Of a stretch of 15,666 nucleotides of DNA, positions 1-6,515 are shown piece after piece. The stretch is from the NCBI GenBank assembly GCA_016926735.1, contig JAFGOA010000207.1:1-15666 (forward strand). Direction: 5' to 3'. This stretch comes from Promethearchaeota archaeon. Lineage in GTDB: Archaea; Asgardarchaeota; Lokiarchaeia; Sigyniarchaeales; SOKP01. Each line of letters begins with the position of its first letter. Positions within the stretch are counted from its first letter, which is position 1. Under the pieces are notes generated by a model. The model had not been told where the DNA came from. It did not search any database and saw only the letters and a program-made list of their open reading frames with translations. A program made the position numbers and the translations under genes.

Positions 1-55
1 ACCAATTTTATTATTATTTAATTATTATTATAATTAAAAATTGGTGTTATATATT

Positions 56-781
56 ATGGGTATAAGAAAGATTGAGGATGAAATAGATCTCAGAGAAGCT
101 ATGAGAAAAAAAGGTACTGAATTAAAATTTAAAGAAATGGAAGCTAAAGCTTCAATTAAAAATCTTACAAAAGAAAAAATTGATGAGATGGCTAAAAGTC
201 ATGGTGTTATTTTAGCGTTAAATCCGGATCTAAAAGAAGAGGTTGAATATCTACAGAAGAAATATAATATTCCTCCATCAAAAATAATCAAAGAACAAAT
301 ACAAGAAACTGATGTATTAGGTAATAAATCAAATAAAATAAATATTGATAATTTAGGTATGTTAGCATACCAACGGATCCTTCTTAGAAAAGAAGAAATA
401 GGTATAGGATTATTACCATTATCAGAGATTTTTGATGTTGTAAATACGGGAGATTTAAAGGGTAAAGTTGATCTCAATCATGTGTCAAAAGCTATGAATT
501 TATTAAAAAAAAAAGGAGTTATTGAGGATGTTAAAAGACTTGATTCAGGAGCATTTGTGGTTCAATTTTTTCCAATCTATTATACCGCTGATCAGATGAA
601 AATAATTGAATTAGTAAAAAATAAAGGTAAAGGTGTTATTTTATTGGAAGATGTTATAAATGATTTAAATTGGACTCAAGATAGATCCTTAAGAGCTTTA
701 AAAACATTAGAAGATAGTGGGCTCGCAAAATTTAGAGAGTCCATACTAAAAGGAAAACAATGGTTCTTTCCTTCATTATAA
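56..781 (+). CDS. vps22: ESCRT-II Vps22/Vps36-like (EAP30 domain) winged-helix protein
   Basis: N-terminal basic helix MGIRKIE resembles the Vps22/Snf8 N-terminus. Tandem winged-helix features include GLLPLSEIF..V, DQMKIIELV, LNWTQDRSLRALKTLEDSGLA and the terminal WFFPSL (Vps22 ends YWFP-like). It neighbours vps25/vps4/ESCRT-III. Start moved from the track's TTG (41) to in-frame ATG 56, with SD-like GGTG at 43-46. Confidence 0.85.
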   Translation: MGIRKIEDEIDLREAMRKKGTELKFKEMEAKASIKNLTKEKIDEMAKSHGVILALNPDLKEEVEYLQKKYNIPPSKIIKEQIQETDVLGNKSNKINIDNLGMLAYQRILLRKEEIGIGLLPLSEIFDVVNTGDLKGKVDLNHVSKAMNLLKKKGVIEDVKRLDSGAFVVQFFPIYYTADQMKIIELVKNKGKGVILLEDVINDLNWTQDRSLRALKTLEDSGLAKFRESILKGKQWFFPSL

Positions 782-794
782 AAAAAAACATCTT
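779..794 (-). terminator. Oligo-T terminator for the vps4-vps25 transcript, in the 13-bp convergent gap
   Basis: A-run on the + strand at ~780-788 is an oligo-U tract on the minus strand just after the vps25 stop. Confidence 0.4.
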
Positions 795-1754
795 TTATTC
801 AATTCTTATTTTAAAAGCGATTTTACCATCATCAGTCTTGATAACTTTCCCTTTCCCCTCTTTATTTAGGAGGTTAAATATTTTTTCAAGATCTTCTTTA
901 GGTAGAGAACTAAATTCTTGATCTGCATCTCTAATTTCATAAATAAGGATAGGATCGAGTTTACCCATTTCATGAGCCCAATCATATATTTCATCTGCCC
1001 AAATTTCTAGCGTTTTCCAATAGATGCGAATCCTATCTTGTTTTTTAGTAATCCATTCTCCTAATTGATCAAGAACAAGTTTATTTGCAATTTCTTTAAT
1101 TGCTTGTTTACGGTTCTCGAATTTAGAAAAAGGAATCTCTGAATAAAGTTTTGTGAGATAAAGAATATGCAATATTGCATATCTTGCATAGTCAAATAGT
1201 ACTTTTCCCCATTCATTTTGCCAAGATTCAAAATCATCAGGATTTTTAGTTTTATTTGGAATTTGGTACATATATTCATATCTTGGCTCTTCAAGCCAAG
1301 GGTAATTTTCTAATAATTGATCATATGGACTTAACTCTTTTTCTATAAGACCAGCTTCTCCAACAATTTCCTTTTCTAATTCAATTAGTTGAGATTCAAT
1401 ATATTCAGCATTTTTGTCATATGTATTTTGATCAATTCGTTCCAACTCTTTACTGAGAAAATCATCCATTTCACTTAGTTTCTCTTCAATTTTTTCAATT
1501 CCCGTTATATCAATTTTAACATCTGATAAATTTTCATCAATAGGGATCTCAGTTTCTTCTTGAGTAATATATTCAACTTTATCTTTTTCAACTTCTATTT
1601 TTTGTTCATTTTTTAGCTTCTGCTCTTCTTTTAATTTTTCTTCTTTTAGTTTTTTTAATCGCTCAAGTTCTTTTCTGAGTCTTAAGAGTTCATTATCTGT
1701 TTTTTGCTTTATTTCTTTTGAGACTTCTTTTGCTCTTTCTTTTTGTTTTTCCAT
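795..1754 (-). CDS. vps25: ESCRT-II Vps25-like protein with long charged N-terminal coiled-coil extension
   Basis: The C-terminal ~170 aa follows the Vps25 tandem winged-helix Trp pattern: W...WGKVLFDYAR, LGEWI, IYWKTLEIWADEIYDWA, LIYEI, EFSSLPKEDLEKIFNLLNKEGKGKVI. It lies 25 bp downstream of vps4 on the same strand. Confidence 0.85.
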   Translation of the reverse strand: MEKQKERAKEVSKEIKQKTDNELLRLRKELERLKKLKEEKLKEEQKLKNEQKIEVEKDKVEYITQEETEIPIDENLSDVKIDITGIEKIEEKLSEMDDFLSKELERIDQNTYDKNAEYIESQLIELEKEIVGEAGLIEKELSPYDQLLENYPWLEEPRYEYMYQIPNKTKNPDDFESWQNEWGKVLFDYARYAILHILYLTKLYSEIPFSKFENRKQAIKEIANKLVLDQLGEWITKKQDRIRIYWKTLEIWADEIYDWAHEMGKLDPILIYEIRDADQEFSSLPKEDLEKIFNLLNKEGKGKVIKTDDGKIAFKIRIE

Positions 1755-1779
1755 TTTTACACATCAGCATTTAGATTAA

Positions 1780-2994
1780 TTAGGTTTGACCATATTTTTC
1801 TTCCCATTCTTGATATTCCCTTAACTCATCTTTATATAGTACGGGTTTAGATTTTTTAAAGGTTTTCTTAAAATCGTCTAAAGTGATATCTCTTCTTTGA
1901 ATATCCATATTAGGATTTTCTAACAATCCTTTTGTATCTATCTCTCGAATGGGGATCATTACAACTTCTTGACAAATATTTGCAATATCTCTTCCAGAAT
2001 ACCCTTCTGAACGCACTCCTAATTCAATAAAATCATCATCTTCTAATTGCATATTAACTCCTTTTGTATGAATTTTAAATATCGCAGTTCTTGCTTCCAT
2101 ATCAGGTAATGGAACAAAGACTCTCTTTTGAAATCTACTAAGAATTGCATTATCTAAATCCCAAGGATGATTAGTAGCACCAATTACTAAGAGAGGTTTA
2201 TCATGAGATGATTTTAAACCCTCAATCTCGCTTAATAATTGCGTTTTTACCCTTCTTTCCCCACCACTTTCATTTCCTCCTCTTTTAGTAGCAATAGCGT
2301 CAATCTCATCCATAAAAATCAAGCTTGGAGCTTTTATTCTTGCTAATTTAAATAATGAACTAATTAATTTTTCACTTTCTCCAAGCCATTTACTTAACAG
2401 ATCTGATGCAGAGGTCCCAAAAAAAGTAGCTTTAATTTCTGATGCAGCAGCTTTTCCTAATAATGTTTTACCACATCCAGGAGGACCAAATAATAGAATT
2501 CCTTTCCAAGGCTTAACAACGCCAGTAAACCATTCTGGTTTTAATATAGGTAATACAATTGCTTCTCTTATTAGTTGTTTACTACCATCAAGTCCAGCTA
2601 TATCTTTCCATTTTATTTCAGGAGATTCAGTTATAATAGTTCCAGAAATCATATCCAAAAGATCTTGTTCTTCACTTGAAACTGCTTCATGTTCATTTTC
2701 GACCTTATCATCAGATGGATGTATAGTTGGTTTTTGTGGAGAACTCTTTTTCGTACGTGATCCTCCAACATGATCTCGAAGAATCTTAGCCCGTTCAAGG
2801 TATTCTTGGATTTGAATCTTGCATTTCTGGTTCATAATATGATTTTTATTAAATTTTATAAATTGAATTAAACTTTCTGCAGCTCTTTGATACTTAACCA
2901 TTGCTTGTTTATAATGACCTTTTGAGTCTAAAGCTACAGCTTCTTTTGCTTCTTGAACAGCAAATTGATATAATTTTGAATCTACAGAAGACAT
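1780..2994 (-). CDS. vps4: Vps4 AAA+ ATPase (MIT domain + AAA)
   Basis: N-terminal MIT domain (AKEAVALDSKGHYKQAMVKYQRAAE...EYLERAKIL), Walker A GPPGCGKT, pore loop SKWLGESEK, Walker B FMDEID, RRVKTQLL, ATNHPWDLD and C-terminal helix YQEWEEKYG. ESCRT gene context. Confidence 0.95.
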   Translation of the reverse strand: MSSVDSKLYQFAVQEAKEAVALDSKGHYKQAMVKYQRAAESLIQFIKFNKNHIMNQKCKIQIQEYLERAKILRDHVGGSRTKKSSPQKPTIHPSDDKVENEHEAVSSEEQDLLDMISGTIITESPEIKWKDIAGLDGSKQLIREAIVLPILKPEWFTGVVKPWKGILLFGPPGCGKTLLGKAAASEIKATFFGTSASDLLSKWLGESEKLISSLFKLARIKAPSLIFMDEIDAIATKRGGNESGGERRVKTQLLSEIEGLKSSHDKPLLVIGATNHPWDLDNAILSRFQKRVFVPLPDMEARTAIFKIHTKGVNMQLEDDDFIELGVRSEGYSGRDIANICQEVVMIPIREIDTKGLLENPNMDIQRRDITLDDFKKTFKKSKPVLYKDELREYQEWEEKYGQT

Positions 2995-3190
2995 TTCTAT
3001 ATACCATAAATAATTATTATTTTACAAAATTTTTGTTATCTAATATATAATAACAAATCAAATTATTATTAATATATTTTAAGCAATATTTCAAATTTTT
3101 TTTTGTTTATAGAAATTTAAAAATTGGACTCTAAAAATAATTTTATATAATTAGATTTTATATATATTATAAAAAGATTAATAATTATTT
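2995..3190. promoter_or_regulatory. Divergent promoter region between vps4-vps25 and ESCRT-III
   Basis: About 200 bp of very AT-rich sequence between head-to-head genes, with TATA-like TTTTATATAA at 3141-3150 and further TATA-like runs. The exact boxes cannot be resolved. Confidence 0.55.
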
Positions 3191-3197
3191 AGGTGAT
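3191..3197 (+). promoter_or_regulatory. Shine-Dalgarno site (AGGTGAT) for ESCRT-III
   Basis: Archaeal-type SD 5 nt upstream of ATA 3203. Confidence 0.75.
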
Positions 3198-3202
3198 CTC
3201 TT

Positions 3203-3829
3203 ATAGGATTTTTAAAAGATATTAGTGGATGGTTATCTGGAGGTAAAAAATCAGATAATATACGTTCTGCAAGCATAAAATTAAAGGTATTTAACAAAAG
3301 GTTATTACGTCAATCTAAAAAATTAGAAATGACTTCAAAATTAGCAAGAGATAAAGCAGTTCAATTAAGACAACAAGGAGATATGGAAGGATCAAAATTT
3401 CACGCACGAAATTATTTACAAGTTAAAAAGCAAGCTCGGGCTGTGGATGCTTTTAGAACTAATTTAGAAGGACTGCTCTTTAAATTAGAACAAGCAAGTG
3501 CAATTAGTGATGTAGCAGGGATTATGAAAAATATTTCTCAATCCGTTGCCACTCTTAAAGCTACCTTATCAATACCTCAAATAACAGAAATGATGACAGA
3601 TATTAATATGAATATAGAAGACTTTGAAGTTACATCAGAAATAACAGCCGAAGGAATTGATGGCATAACTTTAGACACAGCAGTTACAGACAATCAAGTT
3701 AATGAAGTTCTCGGCGAGATCGATGCAGAGATTAATGTAGAAATGACGGGCGCCCTTCCTAGTGTAGTTTCAAATGAAAAAATTGATGAGCTAGAAAAAG
3801 AACTAAACAGACTTAAATCAAAAGATTAA
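3203..3829 (+). CDS. ESCRT-III subunit, Vps2/24/46 (CHMP1/2/3-like) class, Snf7 fold; probable ATA start, 208 aa
   Basis: Basic N-terminal helical hairpin, acidic C-half (DNQVNEVLGEIDAE) and C-terminal MIM1-like DELEKELNRLK. The frame stays open 42 codons upstream of the track's ATG 3329, to ATA 3203 (in-frame TGA at 3194-3196), and SD AGGTGAT lies at 3191-3197. The extension reads (M)GFLKDISGWLSGGKKSDNIRSASIKLKVFNKRLLRQSKKLE. Confidence 0.9.
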   Translation: MGFLKDISGWLSGGKKSDNIRSASIKLKVFNKRLLRQSKKLEMTSKLARDKAVQLRQQGDMEGSKFHARNYLQVKKQARAVDAFRTNLEGLLFKLEQASAISDVAGIMKNISQSVATLKATLSIPQITEMMTDINMNIEDFEVTSEITAEGIDGITLDTAVTDNQVNEVLGEIDAEINVEMTGALPSVVSNEKIDELEKELNRLKSKD

Positions 3830-3837
3830 AATATTTA
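3770..3837 (+). repeat. 68-bp direct repeat, copy 1 (3' end of ESCRT-III gene plus stop)
   Basis: TCAAATGAAAAAATTGATGAGCTAGAAAAAGAACTAAACAGACTTAAATCAAAAGATTAAAATATTTA is identical to 6302-6369. Confidence 0.97.
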
Positions 3838-4041
3838 ATTTTAAATTCCTTACTTTAATTTTAAAAAATATCAAGATTGTTATCAGGTTATTTAAATTAA
3901 GCTCATTTAGATTCCTTTCTTTAAAATAGAAATAAATTATAAATAATTTGTCTAAAATTAGTCCTGATCCTGTTTATATACTTGTAAAAATTATTTAAAG
4001 TATAAACTTTAAAATCCAAAAAATTAAATGATTTTACAAAA

Positions 4042-6024
4042 ATGAAATTTCATAAAAATTTAAAAATATTATTTATTTCATTGTTTTCTGTTATTATATT
4101 TTTTAATTTAAATAATCTATTTATATATGATAATACAATAGACTATACAGCTAATCCTAATTTAGAAAGGGCACAATCTGAAATTATATTAACCAATCCT
4201 CTAGAACCATTTTATATTGAATCTTCTATTCCAATAAACATTATTTTTATTGGATTTGATTCAGTATATATCAATACATCTTATATTAATAACTCTTTAG
4301 AGGATTTAATAAAACCAACCTATAGAGAAATTATTGATGATGAAATAAAATCATCTTACATGGGAGCTATTTATAATCTAGAATATAATTATTATTTTTC
4401 TGATGGTACGTCTCTGGAATTGGATTTTGCTAATTATTTAGCTTCTATTGAAACAGATATATTACTTCCATATAAATTACTAGAATATGATCCTACAGCA
4501 ACAACTGCAAAAGAATATTCTGCTGTGGACGCTATTACCTGGTTAGATAACAATATAAACAACTATTTTTCTGAAATAAATAATAGTTATTGTTTCTATC
4601 TCATTGATCTTTACACTCATGGACTTATCCAAGATTATCATTATTATTCAATTGTTTTTGAAGATGCAACAATAGGATCTCCATCAACTATAATAGAGTA
4701 TACTATCCTTTATGGTGGTGAAATCCCAAATAGAGGTGTTTTTCTTGATTTATCTGCAGGACCAATTTATCATTATGATTTCATTCCCATAGAAGATCCT
4801 ATGATAGATGGTGTTTCTCCAGAGGAGATTCCACCTATTTGGGAGTATTCTTTTCCTTTAGATAAAGATGCTCTTAATAATGAGTTTATAGAATATATCA
4901 GAGATTTATCTAATTATATATTTTTACCTTGTTATGTCTATGAACCAATGATATATGAAGAGAAGAATAATATAAGAATTGTTATTTTTGATAATACTAC
5001 GGGTAATCTGTTTTCAAGTAATCCAAATAATTATATAGATAAAAATGTCATAAAAAATACCATTGAAGAGTTGATTCCTAATTCTCAATGGGATGTCTCA
5101 ATTCATACAGAATCTATATATACTTTCCCTGAATTGGAAAGACTGATAATGGAAGCAAAAAATTCTTCAATTATACAAAGTCGAATATATGAGAATATAA
5201 CAGTCTATTTAAAGAATTTCTATAATGAATTAGGTATATTTGAAGATACTATTCCTGTATTTATGTTTGCATTACCGGAAAACATAATCATTGCAGGATT
5301 AGGTGTAACTGGAGTTTCTCTTTTTGAGAGAGTTATTGTTATTGATGGAGGATATGATAGTGAAATATTAACTGATCATACAAATTTAATTGTTCATGAA
5401 GTAGGACATGAAATAGGATTATTACATCCATTTAATTACTATACAATTGATAAAGATAATGTGGATAACCTTTATGTAGATTTCCTATTTAATTTTATTT
5501 CTACACCAATGAGTTATCTACACAGTGATACTTCATATAGTACATTTGATAGAGATGCAATTGCTCGAGCCCATTCATTCAAATATATAAATAAAACTTG
5601 GGAATTATTAAATATAGCAAATACCACTCTTTTAAACAATGGATTTACCAATTTGGATCTCTTTTTAGAAAAGGAATTAAATTATATTTTCTCAAATCAA
5701 TCATTTTTTTATAATACATATGAGTCTGAAGACTTTATAGAAGCTCAATCTTATGCAAAACAATCATACCTCTCTGCTCAGCTATATTATGAGTATGCTA
5801 TTACTTTACAACAAAATAATAGACTAGGCGATGTAAATAATGACGGTAATGTTAATATTGTTGATGCTATGTTAATAGCTCAATATTATGTAGGTATATC
5901 TCCTGAGATCTTCTATCCAGAAGTCGCTGATGTTAATGGAGATGGAATTATCGATATTGTTGATGCTTTATTAGTAGCTCAATTATATGCAGGTATAATA
6001 GATGAATTTCCAATAAATCCTTAG
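4042..6024 (+). CDS. Secreted/membrane-anchored metzincin-type zinc metalloprotease with C-terminal type I dockerin-like domain
   Basis: N-terminal signal/anchor MKFHKNLKILFISLFSVIIFF. Zinc motif HEVGHEIGLLH (HExxHxxGxxH, 5395-5427) and Met-turn-like TPMSY. Paired Ca-binding dockerin repeats GDVNNDGNVNIVDAMLIAQY and ADVNGDGIIDIVDALLVAQL (from 5827). Confidence 0.85.
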   Translation: MKFHKNLKILFISLFSVIIFFNLNNLFIYDNTIDYTANPNLERAQSEIILTNPLEPFYIESSIPINIIFIGFDSVYINTSYINNSLEDLIKPTYREIIDDEIKSSYMGAIYNLEYNYYFSDGTSLELDFANYLASIETDILLPYKLLEYDPTATTAKEYSAVDAITWLDNNINNYFSEINNSYCFYLIDLYTHGLIQDYHYYSIVFEDATIGSPSTIIEYTILYGGEIPNRGVFLDLSAGPIYHYDFIPIEDPMIDGVSPEEIPPIWEYSFPLDKDALNNEFIEYIRDLSNYIFLPCYVYEPMIYEEKNNIRIVIFDNTTGNLFSSNPNNYIDKNVIKNTIEELIPNSQWDVSIHTESIYTFPELERLIMEAKNSSIIQSRIYENITVYLKNFYNELGIFEDTIPVFMFALPENIIIAGLGVTGVSLFERVIVIDGGYDSEILTDHTNLIVHEVGHEIGLLHPFNYYTIDKDNVDNLYVDFLFNFISTPMSYLHSDTSYSTFDRDAIARAHSFKYINKTWELLNIANTTLLNNGFTNLDLFLEKELNYIFSNQSFFYNTYESEDFIEAQSYAKQSYLSAQLYYEYAITLQQNNRLGDVNNDGNVNIVDAMLIAQYYVGISPEIFYPEVADVNGDGIIDIVDALLVAQLYAGIIDEFPINP

Positions 6025-6034
6025 TTTTTTTTTT
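6025..6034 (+). terminator. Oligo-T archaeal terminator
   Basis: T10 run directly after the TAG stop. Confidence 0.55.
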
Positions 6035-6295
6035 CCTTTCTATTTTAATATAATATAAAATAAGATTTAATCCAATATTTCTGTAGTATAATTATCTTTT
6101 TCTTTATAATTCAGATATAAATTGAATTATCTCCCTACTTAATCAGAATGGTTTAAATTTTAGTTTTTTAATTTATTAATATAGTATATTATTATACTTC
6201 TATGTAAATTCAAATCTTTTGCTATTAAAGAAGCATTAACTCTGAGTTGATTTTCAATGAAACTTAGTATATCTAATATATGTTGAAAATTTAGA

Positions 6296-6361
6296 ATGGT
6301 CTCAAATGAAAAAATTGATGAGCTAGAAAAAGAACTAAACAGACTTAAATCAAAAGATTAA
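6296..6361 (+). other. 21-aa mini-ORF / ESCRT-III gene fragment MVSNEKIDELEKELNRLKSKD (isolated MIM1-like tail)
   Basis: ATG 6296 is in frame with repeat copy 2 and ends at TAA 6359-6361. There is no SD and expression is unproven. Confidence 0.35.
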
Positions 6362-6369
6362 AATATTTA
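6302..6369 (+). repeat. 68-bp direct repeat, copy 2
   Basis: Exact match to 3770-3837 at offset 2532. It extends to about 3767-3842 / 6299-6374 with two mismatches. Confidence 0.97.
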
Positions 6370-6515
6370 TTTTTGATATCTATAATTTTCATTTATTCTA
6401 ATACTTAAATCAATTTTTAGACAATTCTCGATTTTTTATCTAAACATGAAGAATATATTTGTCTTATCTAAAGGTTATAAGAATTAATTTATCCAAATAT
6501 TGTGATATAAATATT

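Larger units (their letters stand above)
3770..6369. mobile_element. Putative integrated islet (~2.5 kb) bounded by att-like direct repeats at the ESCRT-III 3' end; no integrase
   Basis: A gene-3'-end duplication flanking one cargo gene is the usual footprint of site-specific integration. No recombinase is encoded inside. Confidence 0.55.

Noticed and set aside
199-477. 92-aa minus-strand ORF
   Set aside because: Antisense shadow within the Vps22/36 gene, with no motif.
1061-1294. 77-aa ORF
   Set aside because: Alternative frame inside vps25.
3329-3829. ORF-track start for ESCRT-III (166 aa)
   Set aside because: It would delete helix 0 and much of helix 1. The upstream frame is open and has an SD.
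6242-6267. Imperfect inverted repeat near repeat copy 2
   Set aside because: Several mismatches and no counterpart at the other end of the islet.
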